Part shown: in pieces, positions 29,070-39,518 of the stretch | Layout of the letters: the number at the start of each line of letters is the position of its first letter | Numbering within the stretch: position 1 is the stretch's first letter | From: Myxococcales bacterium | GTDB taxonomy: Bacteria; Myxococcota_A; Polyangia; Polyangiales; DASUME01 | Assembly (NCBI GenBank): GCA_047601445.1 | Contig: JASGJH010000001.1 | Coordinates: forward strand, 8,352,001-8,416,000 | Direction: 5' to 3' | Length of the DNA stretch: 64,000 nucleotides | Program-made: the position numbers and the translations under genes | Notes under the pieces: generated by a model | What the model saw: only the letters and a program-made list of their open reading frames with translations | What the model was told of the DNA's origin: nothing | Database searches by the model: none

Positions 29070-31061
29070 ATGGCTTCCCGTTGGCCAATCCTGGCGTTGC
29101 TCTGGCTCTTCGCCTGTAGTGCCTGTGATCCGTCCCCTGGCGTACCGCGCGCTCGCGCCGGCGTGCTCGACCTGCGCGCCTGGGACTTCGCGCAGCGCGG
29201 GCCGGTGGCGCTGCAGGGGCAGTATCGGGTGGCTTGGAACGCTCTCCTGACGCCGGGCCCACCCAGCGCCGACGGCTCACGATCCCCGCGCGAACAGCAG
29301 TTCGATGCCCTGGCGCAGCGGCTCTTGCCCGTGCCAGGCCAGTGGCTGAACCTGCCGGGACTGCCAAGCGGCCGCCCGGGGCACGGCGCGGCCACCTACC
29401 AACTCAAGGTGCTGCTCGGACGCGCTTCGCGGGGACTTGCGCTGCAGCTGCCGTTTCCCACGGTGGCTCTGCGGACCTGGGTCAATGGCGTGCTGATCGC
29501 TGAGCGCGGACGTCCCGCTCTCTCGCGCGAGCAGGAGCAACCGGCGCTCGGGCACGATGTGGCCGGCGTGCCGGACGGGGTACGTGAGCTTACCCTGGTA
29601 TTTCAGGCGTCGAATCACTCGACCCGCACGGGTGGCTTCGCGGCGGCGCCCCGGCTCGGGCCGCGCGAAGCCGTGCTTTCGCGCCTGCTGCGGGAGTTCG
29701 TGGGGACCGCGCTGATCTTCGGCATCCTGCTGATCATCGGCTCCTATCACCTGGGGCTGTCGCTGGTGGCACCCAACCACGAGGCCCAGCGTCTGTTGGC
29801 CTACAACGCCTTCGCGGTGGCGACCCATCAAGCACTCGCCAGCGGCGCCACGCTTGCCACGCTCTCGCCCAGCACGCTCCCGCCCCTGTGGTTGCTGCGT
29901 GTGGAGTACCTGGCCCTGTACCTGAGCATGCCGCTCGGTGTGGCGCTGACGCGGCGCCTGTTTCCCGCGGAGATGCGCGCGCCCTGGTTTCGTTGGTTCG
30001 AGTACCTCGGCGCCGGCTTTTGCTTGCTCGTGCTCGTCTTGCCCGTCGAGCTGTTCACGCGCACCCTCAACCCCTTCGGAAGTTCCGCCATGCTCGCGCA
30101 AGCGACCGTGCTGGTCGCGGTGTGGCGGGCGCTGCGAGAGGGGCGCCCGCAAGCCGGGTTCTTGCTGTTCGCGGGGCTGATTCACGCGCTAGCCAACACC
30201 CACGACTTCATGGTCGCGCACGGCTTCTTTCCGCGCTGGTTGGGAGACCCGCGTGGACCTTCGCTGTTGCTCTTGTTTGGCGCGCAGGCCTACTCGTTGG
30301 CCAAACGCTTTGCCGACGCCAGCCGCCGCGAGCTCGAGCTCATGCGCGATGTGCAAGCCAAGAACCAGGCCCTCGAGCGCACCAACCGCTCCATCGAGCG
30401 CTTCGTGCCGAGCGAGATCCTGGCGCTCCTGAAGCGTGGATCCGTCTCTGACGTGCAACGCGGCGATCAGGTTGAGCTCACCATGGAGGTTCTGTTCTGC
30501 GACATCCGCGGCTTTACGTCGTTGGTCGAAGCCACGCCGCCGGGACAGGCATTTCATTTCATCAACGATTACCTGCAAGCCATGGAGCCCGCCGTGCATG
30601 CGGAAGGCGGCTTCATCAATCAATACCTGGGCGATTGCATCATGGCGCTGTACCCCACCGGTGCGGACGCTGCCCTGCGCAGCGCGTTGGCCATGCTCGA
30701 GCAGCTCGCCGAGTTCAACCGCAAGCGCCCACCCGGACAGGCGCCCTTGCGCGTCGGCATCGGCATCAGCTCGGGTCCCGTGATTCTGGGCGCCATCGGC
30801 GGTTCCCGCCGTCTCGACAGCGGGGTGGTGGGGGACGCCGTCAACCTCGCGGCGCGCGTGGAGAGTCTGACCTCGGTCTACGGTGTGCCACTGCTGTTGA
30901 GCGAGCACACCGTCGCGCGCCTCCAAGACCCCGGAATGTTCGACCTGCGCGAGATCGATCGGGTCGTGCCCAAGGGCAAGAAGCAGTCGGTGCGCATCTT
31001 CGAGGTGGTGCGAGGGACTGCGGAGGAGCGCGCGCCTCTGCAAGCGCAGTCCGTTCCCTGA
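29070..31061 (+). CDS. Membrane-bound class III nucleotidyl cyclase (7TM-DISM-like sensor)
   Basis: Signal; [10 protein letters not shown]...GAATY extracellular domain; ~7 TM; coiled coil; [12 protein letters not shown] and [11 protein letters not shown]. Confidence 0.9.
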   Translation: MASRWPILALLWLFACSACDPSPGVPRARAGVLDLRAWDFAQRGPVALQGQYRVAWNALLTPGPPSADGSRSPREQQFDALAQRLLPVPGQWLNLPGLPSGRPGHGAATYQLKVLLGRASRGLALQLPFPTVALRTWVNGVLIAERGRPALSREQEQPALGHDVAGVPDGVRELTLVFQASNHSTRTGGFAAAPRLGPREAVLSRLLREFVGTALIFGILLIIGSYHLGLSLVAPNHEAQRLLAYNAFAVATHQALASGATLATLSPSTLPPLWLLRVEYLALYLSMPLGVALTRRLFPAEMRAPWFRWFEYLGAGFCLLVLVLPVELFTRTLNPFGSSAMLAQATVLVAVWRALREGRPQAGFLLFAGLIHALANTHDFMVAHGFFPRWLGDPRGPSLLLLFGAQAYSLAKRFADASRRELELMRDVQAKNQALERTNRSIERFVPSEILALLKRGSVSDVQRGDQVELTMEVLFCDIRGFTSLVEATPPGQAFHFINDYLQAMEPAVHAEGGFINQYLGDCIMALYPTGADAALRSALAMLEQLAEFNRKRPPGQAPLRVGIGISSGPVILGAIGGSRRLDSGVVGDAVNLAARVESLTSVYGVPLLLSEHTVARLQDPGMFDLREIDRVVPKGKKQSVRIFEVVRGTAEERAPLQAQSVP

Positions 31062-31083
31062 GCGGCTCCGTGTCCTATGCCGA

Positions 31084-32403
31084 CTACGGACCGCGCGGCA
31101 ACACCAGGTCCGGTGCGTAGTTGCCCGCGCCGTAGGCCGCGCAGAAAGCGTCGGGCCGATCCTTGTAAACGGGATCCAGCGCGATCACCGCGGGCCGCAC
31201 CTTTTCCCATAGATTGAACGGTCCGTATTCCACGTTGTAGTTCTTGGCGACGATCACCAGGTCGAGTCCCGGGTGCATCACGATGAACTGGCCCCCTGCG
31301 CCCTGGGCGCTGTAGACGCCCACGTCGTACTGCTGCACGCAGGAAGTGCCTGCGAGAGCCGCGCGGCAGTCGCGCGCCGGAGACACCCCGTGCGGATAGG
31401 ATTGCCAGAAGGCTGCCGGGGCGCAGGGGTCACCGTTCTTCCACTTCTTGGCTTCGGCGTCGGAGGGGGGATTGAAGACGTTGCCGCCAGCACCCTGGGC
31501 GTTGCCGCGGTGGTTGAGCCACATCAAGTGACCGTAGGACGTGTTGGCGTACTCGAAAGCAGGGTGGGACATCCGGTACACCCACTCCTTCGCCACCAGG
31601 CGCTCGCCATTGTACCAGCCATCATGGAGCAGAAGCATGCCGAGCCTGCCCATGTCGGACATGTTGCCGAACCAGCCGCCCGCGATGCCGAAGGGAGCAG
31701 GTAGCCAGCTGGAGTTCGTCATGCCCAGCTTGTTGAAGAGCTCTCGCTGCACGAAGTCCGAGGCATCCGTGCCCAGAGTAGGAATCTGACCGATGGCCTT
31801 CTTGGTCACGTCGATCAATGTGTTGATTTGCACGTTGCCGAAGGTGTCGTACTCGAAGTCGCTGCCCGGGATGAGGTTGTCTGCAGACATCGACATCACA
31901 TGGGTGAGCCGAGCGAACGGGCTGTAGTTCACCGAGCCGAGCCAGTCGGTGGCCTTGTCCTCGGGCAGGATGGTTCCAGTGCCCGACCCACTGCGCTGGA
32001 TATCCTGCGTGAGGTAGGCGGCGCGCCCCACCATCAGACCACCCAGCGTCTTGGTCGCCGAGTACAGCGAGCCCACGCCGTCGGAGCCCTTCATGTAGCA
32101 CTGTTTGCCATAGCGGAAGATGGCGAGGTTCGCGATGTCGGCGGCCTCCAGCTTGCTGACGTCCAGGCGACAGTCCGCGCGAGCGTCCGCGGGTGTCCAG
32201 GGGTTCATGCCCGGGTCTTTGTAGTCCGCGGTGGTGTGCAGCGCGCTGCTCTGTTCGTGGACCTCGTCATCGCCCTCGCTGCCGTCGGTCGCGATGCAAC
32301 CGCCCGTGGTCAACAAGCCCAGGCAAAGCGCGAGCGCGGGCGCGCGCGTGGACAACCTCTGGACAACGCGAGCAATCGATTCTGGTTGGATGGTGCAAAG
32401 CAT
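31084..32403 (-). CDS. Serine hydrolase, beta-lactamase/PBP-like lipoprotein
   Basis: Lipobox GGC; SATK (SxxK), FEYDT, LFNKLGM, YGHLMW and AQGAGGQ...PGLDLVIV. Confidence 0.8.
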   Translation of the reverse strand: MLCTIQPESIARVVQRLSTRAPALALCLGLLTTGGCIATDGSEGDDEVHEQSSALHTTADYKDPGMNPWTPADARADCRLDVSKLEAADIANLAIFRYGKQCYMKGSDGVGSLYSATKTLGGLMVGRAAYLTQDIQRSGSGTGTILPEDKATDWLGSVNYSPFARLTHVMSMSADNLIPGSDFEYDTFGNVQINTLIDVTKKAIGQIPTLGTDASDFVQRELFNKLGMTNSSWLPAPFGIAGGWFGNMSDMGRLGMLLLHDGWYNGERLVAKEWVYRMSHPAFEYANTSYGHLMWLNHRGNAQGAGGNVFNPPSDAEAKKWKNGDPCAPAAFWQSYPHGVSPARDCRAALAGTSCVQQYDVGVYSAQGAGGQFIVMHPGLDLVIVAKNYNVEYGPFNLWEKVRPAVIALDPVYKDRPDAFCAAYGAGNYAPDLVLPRGP

Positions 32404-32764
32404 GGTCGTGACCTCGGGGGATAGGGCAGGGTGCCTCTGCAAACCGCGCCTTGGTGCGCGTGTGCAAGCTCCCTCTCGTCCCTGGCCATTTCACGTCGCA
32501 TGCCAGCGCTGCGGCTAGCCTGGTGAATCCGCGTAGAAGCCCGTGAAAATGGGCGTTCCGGCGCCTTTCCCAGCGCAACCAAGGGAATCATCGCGCGGCA
32601 TGCGCAGCGGCGAAACGTGCGAACCCGACAAGCGGGCGCGCCGCCGAGCATCAAATTGATAACGCTGGGCAGGTCCCACGAAACGCGGAGACCCAGGCCG
32701 GCAAAAGCCAGCCCGGGTCCCTTGTCTGGACGGCGATCCGTCGTCTAGAGCGTTTCGCTCCGTG

Positions 32765-34897
32765 TCACTTGCCCACGGAGACCGTGGCGCTCCCCAGAGA
32801 GACGGAGCCGCCGCTGTCCTGGCACGAAATGCCGATGGTGTACGTGCGATCCGCGCCACCCGTACGGGTCGCGCGCAGCAGCACGTTGTGGCCATCCACG
32901 ACCGCCGAGTCAGGTCCGTGCACGCTGTTCGGCTGATCGCTGGTCACGCTCAGCGAGCAGACCGTTCCGGGGCAGTTGTCGCTCACACTATAAGCGACGC
33001 TGATCGGAACCAGCTTGTTGTTCGGGGGCCAAAGCAGCGCCTGGCTGACGCCGACGCCGGCGATCGAAGGCGAGGGGTTGACGGCGGTGATGGTGACCGA
33101 TGCCGAGTCGTCCTCGGGCGTGGGGTCGGTGATGCTGGAGGATGCCGTGGCCTTGCTCGTGAGCTGGGTACCGTTGGACACGGCGCAGTCGAGCTTGGCC
33201 GAGAGGGTCGCGGTCACGCTCGCGTCTCCGGCGAGGGTGTCGTAGCTAAAGGTGACGGGAGAGCTGCCGGCCTGGCAGGTACCGCCGGTCGCCGTGCACC
33301 CGAGAGGCAGGAGCTGCGAGGGCAGGGCGTTCGAGAGCGTCACGGCGCTGGCCGAGAGGATGCCCGTGTTGGTAGCCGTTAGCGTGAAGGTGACCTGGGA
33401 ACCGGTGACCACGCTGCTGGCCGACGCGCTCTGGTTGAGCGTGAGGTCCGGACCACGCTCAGTGACCGGCTGCCGCACGTAGGACAGGTTCTTCGCCGCT
33501 AGGTCCTCATCCGTGAAGCCGAACACGTACCAACGGTTCGGGCCCGCCACGTTCGGCAGGAAGTCGTTGTCGTTGGCGACGTAGAGCGTGTGGGTGACCA
33601 CGTCGTTGAGCAGGACGTCAGGACCGAAGGCCAGCCCCTCGATCTTGGCAGGGATCTGCGCCACGGAGGTTCCGTAGGTCTTCAAGGACGCGACGATATC
33701 GAGGAACAGTACCTTCTTCACGGCGTAGTTGAGCAGCGTGGCCTGGCCCGACATGCCGGACACATCCGTGGCACCCGCGATGTCCACGGCCCAGAGCTGC
33801 TTGACCACCGCGTTCGAGCCATCGCCGAGGCCCTTGCCGTCGCGCGTGTCGATCAAGAACTGGTGGTTGTTGAGGGCGATGATCTCGCTGCTGTTGTAGG
33901 CCTTGGAGCTGGTCCCGATGGTGATCTGATTGTCGTAGACGTATTCGTGCGTGGCGCCGGAGGCGATGTCGATGGTCACGATGCGATTCGGGCGCGCGCC
34001 GTCGCCACCGTCCTGGATCAGCGGGCTCTGCACGAGTGCGACGAGGGTGGAGCCGTCCGGGGTGATGGCCAGGCCTTCCATGCCCTTGTTGGTCACGCGG
34101 CCGATGGTGTTGCCGCTGATCTCGGCTGCACCGAGGGCAGACAAGTTCGGGATCGCAAAGTAGCTCGGGAGCGCGAAGCTGCGCAGGCGTTCGCCCGTCA
34201 AGCGGTCGAACTGATACACGTAGGGGCCGTACTCGTCCGCGACGAACACCGAGTTGCCGTCGTTGGAGATGACGAGCCCTTCGGGATCCAGGCGCGCGAA
34301 GTCGGGGGTCGTGGACAGCCCGGGCCCGAAGTTGTCCGAGCGCCCCGTGAAATAGAACTTGCCCGCGGTATTGGCGGCGGGCGTCCCGTCGCCCACGCCA
34401 GGCGTATTGCCATAGACGAGGGGGCTCGCGCTGTAGAGCAACGTCGTGGCCTTGAGCTCCGCCGCCAGGCTGAAGGGAAGCGAACCGGACGTGGCCGGGC
34501 TCAGCTTGAGGCTCAGGGTTTCGAGGCGCGGGATGAACGAGCTCGTGTTGTCGAGCGGGGTGCCGTTCGTGTAGGGCGTGGCGTTGGGGCCGCGATCCGG
34601 AAGACCGAGGAACGTGGTGCCTCCCGCGAAGGCCAGGGCCGAACCGATACCGCCCAGGACGTTCTGCGGCAGGCCGTTCTCCAGGGGGGCCACCACCGGT
34701 GACAGATCGGTGGCAAGATCCAGCGTTCCCGTGGCGATCAGCTGCGGGCCGGTGGACAAGGCCTCGACGTGCGAGGACACCAGCTGCGGGGAGACGTCAT
34801 CTCCAGATTCCGTCCCGGACTGCGCGCCGCAGCCGCCGATCGTCAAGCTGCCACCGATCGCCAACGCTGCCGTGGCTCTTTCGAAACTCTTTCTCAT
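32765..34897 (-). CDS. Esterase-like activity of phytase family lipoprotein with DUF11 and C-terminal Ig-like domain
   Basis: Lipobox GGC; DRGPN, DPEG, DEYGP, NKGMEG, KIEG and NDNDF; DUF11 (DLTLNQ...VTFTLTATN...DPTPEDD); LWPPNNKLV domain; GGAG RBS. Confidence 0.85.
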   Translation of the reverse strand: MRKSFERATAALAIGGSLTIGGCGAQSGTESGDDVSPQLVSSHVEALSTGPQLIATGTLDLATDLSPVVAPLENGLPQNVLGGIGSALAFAGGTTFLGLPDRGPNATPYTNGTPLDNTSSFIPRLETLSLKLSPATSGSLPFSLAAELKATTLLYSASPLVYGNTPGVGDGTPAANTAGKFYFTGRSDNFGPGLSTTPDFARLDPEGLVISNDGNSVFVADEYGPYVYQFDRLTGERLRSFALPSYFAIPNLSALGAAEISGNTIGRVTNKGMEGLAITPDGSTLVALVQSPLIQDGGDGARPNRIVTIDIASGATHEYVYDNQITIGTSSKAYNSSEIIALNNHQFLIDTRDGKGLGDGSNAVVKQLWAVDIAGATDVSGMSGQATLLNYAVKKVLFLDIVASLKTYGTSVAQIPAKIEGLAFGPDVLLNDVVTHTLYVANDNDFLPNVAGPNRWYVFGFTDEDLAAKNLSYVRQPVTERGPDLTLNQSASASSVVTGSQVTFTLTATNTGILSASAVTLSNALPSQLLPLGCTATGGTCQAGSSPVTFSYDTLAGDASVTATLSAKLDCAVSNGTQLTSKATASSSITDPTPEDDSASVTITAVNPSPSIAGVGVSQALLWPPNNKLVPISVAYSVSDNCPGTVCSLSVTSDQPNSVHGPDSAVVDGHNVLLRATRTGGADRTYTIGISCQDSGGSVSLGSATVSVGK

Positions 34898-35056
34898 GAT
34901 TTACGTTCTCCGTGGCGCGGAATCTACGGTTCGCCATGCGGCGTCCATGAGACATTTTGGCTGCAACTTCATTGCAGCCGCCGCACGCGACCAAGGCGCT
35001 CGGGGAGAGCGTGAGAACCCTCGCGGGGCCGAAGCGGTCCGACCCTTCCAGGCAGC

Positions 35057-35365
35057 TCAGCGATACGGGTTGTACGTATAGGTCCGGGACACGGTCTCCG
35101 GAATATTGAAGTACGCCACCACGAGCTTGACGGGATCCGTCGCGAGCTCGCCGCGCCTGGGTCCGTCGTTGCCGTCGTCCCAGCCCCAGGGAGCCTTGGC
35201 CGCATGGGTATTGCAGCGAATCGCCCCCGAGCCGCAGCCGCCGGTGGTATCCCCTGCGAAGCTGCCGAAGCTCGCGAACGGGGAGCTGTTGTTGCGCTGA
35301 TCCCAGAGGCCCCCCGACGCGAAGACGTCGACCAGCTTGTACTTCACGTCGCGGTCGTTATGCAC
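35057..35365 (-). pseudogene. 3' remnant of a gene for a conserved secreted protein
   Basis: ~100 codons with genuine GC3 bias (NDRDVKYKLVD...APWGWDDGND...GELATDP...YNPY) that read like a C-terminus. Upstream sequence loses codon bias and has no signal peptide or clear RBS. Confidence 0.55.
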
Positions 35366-35646
35366 ACGCCGCTGCGCTGCGAGCTGATGGCGTGCGCGCT
35401 CGACAGGTTCGCTGTGATGCGTCGGCAAAACTGCCACAGCCACTGCGTCTTCTAAACACGCTTCACGCGGTGTGCCTTCATCACTTTGCACGAAGGACAT
35501 CGAAGCTCAGCATTCGTTGTTTAGCGTACGCCAACCGACTGCCATGCCGGTTCGCCTTGGTCCGCGACGCGCGCGGTCGCTGGGCTTGGACGGACTGCGC
35601 GAGCGGACGACGTGCACCACCACGGAGTCCGCTGAAAGGGTTCGCC

Positions 35647-36486
35647 ATGCGCCATTCAATCTTCGCCGCCCTTGTAGTGTTTCTCGCATTTTCCAGCCGA
35701 GCGAGCGCGCAGTCGGCGCCCGAGGTCGGTCTGCAACCTGCGAAGGGACGCGTGTTCCCCGTGGACGGAAACACCGCGCCCAAGCCGCGACCCAGCTTCG
35801 ACGCTGCGGCGAGCGCGCGACACGGAATGATGCTGCCGGATCTGATTGCACCGGGTTCGGACGAAGCGCCCCGGGTCACGGCCACCGGATGGTCTGGCTA
35901 CGACAGCGCGCGTGAGTCGGCCGTGGTGCGCTCGTTCGTGGACGCCAACGTATGGGCACGCCTTTCGCTACGTGCCGGTGTCTCCTACCTGCCTGATCCA
36001 ACAGCTCGATCGGCTCAACCCATGATCGGTGCCAAGGTCCAGCTCCTGCGGCAAGCCAAGCAGGGCATCGATCTCAGCCTCGGCGGATTCTATCGCCTGG
36101 ATCGGTTCACGAGTGAAGAGGGCCTGGCTCAGCTCGTGGTCTCGCTCGGCGGCCGTATCGGCAAGCTGGGGCTCTGGGGCAATCTGACCTACGGTCAGGA
36201 CCTGGAGGGTGACGACTTCGAGGGCGAGAGCATGTTCGCCGTCCTCTATGCGCTCAGGCCCGACCTGCAGCTCGGTCTCGAGGCGCGCGCTCGCTTCTTG
36301 CTCGAGTCGACGGACGCCAAGCGCAAGGACACGCCTGCTCCCACGGGAGACATGTCCATCGCCCCCACCTTCAGCTATGCGCTCGGCCCGGTAGCGCTCC
36401 TCGCGCAGGCGGGAGCCTCGACCCTGCACACGAATTCCTGGCATGCGGGAGCCATCGCGATGGGTGGCCTTTCCGCGGTGTTTTGA
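35647..36486 (+). CDS. Outer-membrane beta-barrel protein
   Basis: Signal peptide (ASA), amphipathic beta-strands and terminal Phe (GGLSAVF). Confidence 0.7.
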   Translation: MRHSIFAALVVFLAFSSRASAQSAPEVGLQPAKGRVFPVDGNTAPKPRPSFDAAASARHGMMLPDLIAPGSDEAPRVTATGWSGYDSARESAVVRSFVDANVWARLSLRAGVSYLPDPTARSAQPMIGAKVQLLRQAKQGIDLSLGGFYRLDRFTSEEGLAQLVVSLGGRIGKLGLWGNLTYGQDLEGDDFEGESMFAVLYALRPDLQLGLEARARFLLESTDAKRKDTPAPTGDMSIAPTFSYALGPVALLAQAGASTLHTNSWHAGAIAMGGLSAVF

Positions 36487-36548
36487 CGCGCAGTCCAGCA
36501 CGGTACCCGCAACGTTTTGGGTTCGAAGCAGCGAGGGAGAGTCTCATC

Positions 36549-39518
36549 ATGAGAAGACCAACACTTTTCAAAGCGCTCCAGTACGGCACCATGACCTCGG
36601 CTCTGATCCTGGCCACGCAAGCCCAGGCGGATCGGCCAGCCACGGGCGCGGCGCCCGAGCAACTGGCGACCGGTCAGTACGTCACGCCCACCGTCCTGCG
36701 CGGTGCGGTCCAGAAGTTTCTGAACCCGGGTCTGGCGGACTACCCGAACTTCATTGCGGGCGAAGCGGTTCGTTCTCAGCTCAGCCCCGACGGCAATACC
36801 CTCGCGGTGCTGTGCGCGGGCCAAAACTCGATCTACAAGCCGACTGGCACCGTGGACACCGCAGCCTCGACGCAGTTCGTATTCCTCTACGACGTGAGCG
36901 GCGCGAAGAAGTCATCGCCCGAGCTCAAGCAGGTGCTCAAGCCGGTCAATACTCATGTCGGTCTGGTGTTCTCGCCGAACGGAACCACGCTGTACGCCGC
37001 AGGCGGCAAGGACGACCTGGTGTACGTGTACCAGCAGACGGACGGCGTTTGGGCACCGAGCGGCACCATCACTCTTGGGCACGGCGCCAAGGGCATCGGC
37101 CTCTCCGTGGGACCGAACGCGAGCGGCCTGGCCGTCTCCGCCGATGGCAGCACGCTGGTGGTGGCGAACAACTACAACGACTCGATCAGCGTCATCGACA
37201 CCGCCACGAACAGCGTGCGCTACGAGCACGATCTGCGTCCCTTCGCTGCCTACAACGAGGGCGTCCAGGGCGGCGTCGGCGGCACCTTCCCCTTCGCCGT
37301 CGCGATCAAGGGCGACGATACGGTCTACGTGTCCTCCGACCGCGATCGCGAAGTGGACGTGATCGACATCAGCAGCAAGACCGCGGGCCGCTTGATCAAG
37401 CGCATCAAGCTGGAGGGCAACGCACTCGGCATGACGCTCGACAAGGCGGGCCGGCGCCTGTTCGTCGCCCAGGACAACGCGGATCGCGTGGCGGTCATCG
37501 ACACGGCGCGCAACGTGGTGCTCGCGAACATCGACGCTCGCGCACCTCTTGGCGTCTTGCCCTACGGCGAGGACCACGCTGGCCACAACAAGAACGCTCG
37601 CTACACCGGTGCCGCGACCTTTACGGTCACTCTGTCGCGCGACGGCCAGACCCTGTACGCCGTCAATGCCGGGGCCAACTCGATCGCCGTGATTCCGCTG
37701 CTGGGCCCCGAGCGCGCCTGGAAGGTGGCCGCACTGATCCCCACCGCCTACGAGCCCCACGACATCACGTTCAGCGCCGACGGCGCGTGGATGTACATCA
37801 TCAACGGCAAGAGCGTGACCGGGCCGAACCCGCAGCACCTCTCGAGCTCCACGGGCTCGATGACCAGCATTCAGTACCCCGGCGGAAATCAAGCGGCGGT
37901 GCTCGCCTCGCGCGCTTCCAACCAGTACCAGTTCCAGCTGGAGCGAGCGTCGCTGGTGGCTGCACCGGTGCCAGGCTGGTGGGAGCTCCCGGGACTCACA
38001 GCCACCGTCGCCCACAACAACTTCTACAGCGGCGAGGGAAGCAACGAAGACCGTAAAGTCATGCGCTTCCTCCAGGACCACGTCAAGCACGTGATCTACG
38101 TGGTCAAGGAGAACCGCACGTTCGATCAGATGCTGGGCGACCTGGAGAACGGCGCCGAAGTCGACCCGACGATCACGCAGTTCCCGGCGGCGATCACGCC
38201 CAATCAGCACCGCTTCGCGGAAGAGTTCGTCACCCTGGACAACTTCATGGATCCCGGCGACGGCAGCATGGATGGCTGGTCGTGGTCGCTGCAGGGCCGG
38301 GTCACCAACACGGAGACGATTACCCAGCAGATCAACTACGCCAACGTGAGCCGCGGGCTCTCCTACGAGTCCGAGGGCGCCAACCGCGGTGTGCCGGTCA
38401 ACTGGGCCACGGTCGCCGAACGCGACGCCGCCGGAGGGCCGGCTGGCACCACGAACTACTCCCTGGCCACAGCGAGCCTGCCTGGTGGCACGGTCAACGT
38501 GCTTACGGGTACCGGCAATCACGCCTCGTCGGACGCGGAAGAGCGGGCTCAGGAGGGCTACATCTTCTCGGCGGTCCTCGAGGCCGGCGGGACGGTGCGC
38601 AACTATGGCATCCTCGTCAACAACATCGGAAGCATCGGCAGCAAGACCGCACCCATCATGGACGCGTACGCGGCCGGAGAAGTGCAGGTCGCGCCGCTCG
38701 AGCCGTCCCTCGCGCCCTTCACGGACGTGTACTTTCGCGGCTACGACCAGAACTATCCCGACCTCTGGCGCTACGACGAGTGGAAGCGCGAGTTCGACCA
38801 GTTCGTGGCCAACGGTAACCTACCGAGTTTGTCCATGGTGCGCCTGAGCCACGACCACATGGGGTCGTTCGGCACCGCGCTCGGCGGGGTCAATACGCCC
38901 GAGACGCAGCAGGCCGAGCACGACCTCTCGGTGGGTCTCCTGGTGGAGGCGGTATCCAATAGCCGCTACGCCAAGGACACCTTGATCGTCTTCGTCGAGG
39001 ACGACTGTCAGGACGGCCCAGACCACGTGGACTCCCATCGCGCGACTACCTACATGGTCGGTCCCTACGTTCGTAAGGGCGCGGTCGTCAGCACCCACTA
39101 CAGCCAGGTCAACGCGCTGCGTACCATCGAGGACATCCTCGGTACCCATCACATGAACCTGAACACGGCGTATCAGCGTCCGATGGCGGAGGTATTCGAC
39201 ATCCACGCGAAGCCCGACTGGAGCTTCACGGCGGAGGCCTCCACGGTGCTGGACGAAATCATGATGGCCCAGGCGCCCGGTGGTCTCAAAGGCGCCGAGT
39301 TCGCCAAGGGCGAGGTGGTCAAGCCCAAGCACAACGCGGAGTACTGGGCCCGCGCCACTGCTGGTCTCGACTTCTCCGAGGCGGACCACGTTTCCCCGGG
39401 CAAGTTCAACCGCATCCTCTGGAAGGGCCTGATGGGAAGCAAACCCTATCCGATGGTTCGGCGCGGCCGCAAGGTCGCTGCCACTGCGCAGCGTGGGGCC
39501 AAGATTGTCGCTCGTTGA
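36549..39518 (+). CDS. YVTN beta-propeller / phosphoesterase (alkaline phosphatase superfamily) fusion
   Basis: Signal AQA; repeats such as NDSISVIDT and NSIAVI; HVIYVVKENRTFD, SMDG, DH and EDDCQDGPDHVDSHR. Confidence 0.9.
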   Translation: MRRPTLFKALQYGTMTSALILATQAQADRPATGAAPEQLATGQYVTPTVLRGAVQKFLNPGLADYPNFIAGEAVRSQLSPDGNTLAVLCAGQNSIYKPTGTVDTAASTQFVFLYDVSGAKKSSPELKQVLKPVNTHVGLVFSPNGTTLYAAGGKDDLVYVYQQTDGVWAPSGTITLGHGAKGIGLSVGPNASGLAVSADGSTLVVANNYNDSISVIDTATNSVRYEHDLRPFAAYNEGVQGGVGGTFPFAVAIKGDDTVYVSSDRDREVDVIDISSKTAGRLIKRIKLEGNALGMTLDKAGRRLFVAQDNADRVAVIDTARNVVLANIDARAPLGVLPYGEDHAGHNKNARYTGAATFTVTLSRDGQTLYAVNAGANSIAVIPLLGPERAWKVAALIPTAYEPHDITFSADGAWMYIINGKSVTGPNPQHLSSSTGSMTSIQYPGGNQAAVLASRASNQYQFQLERASLVAAPVPGWWELPGLTATVAHNNFYSGEGSNEDRKVMRFLQDHVKHVIYVVKENRTFDQMLGDLENGAEVDPTITQFPAAITPNQHRFAEEFVTLDNFMDPGDGSMDGWSWSLQGRVTNTETITQQINYANVSRGLSYESEGANRGVPVNWATVAERDAAGGPAGTTNYSLATASLPGGTVNVLTGTGNHASSDAEERAQEGYIFSAVLEAGGTVRNYGILVNNIGSIGSKTAPIMDAYAAGEVQVAPLEPSLAPFTDVYFRGYDQNYPDLWRYDEWKREFDQFVANGNLPSLSMVRLSHDHMGSFGTALGGVNTPETQQAEHDLSVGLLVEAVSNSRYAKDTLIVFVEDDCQDGPDHVDSHRATTYMVGPYVRKGAVVSTHYSQVNALRTIEDILGTHHMNLNTAYQRPMAEVFDIHAKPDWSFTAEASTVLDEIMMAQAPGGLKGAEFAKGEVVKPKHNAEYWARATAGLDFSEADHVSPGKFNRILWKGLMGSKPYPMVRRGRKVAATAQRGAKIVAR

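Noticed and set aside
28949..29395. Overlapping N-terminal extensions of the activator and cyclase ORFs
   Set aside because: Artefact of longest-ORF calling; better starts are 28948 (GTG) and 29070 (ATG), which do not overlap.
35461..35500. Pho-box candidate upstream of the beta-barrel gene
   Set aside because: Half-site spacing is irregular (10 and 9 bp) and the matches are poor.
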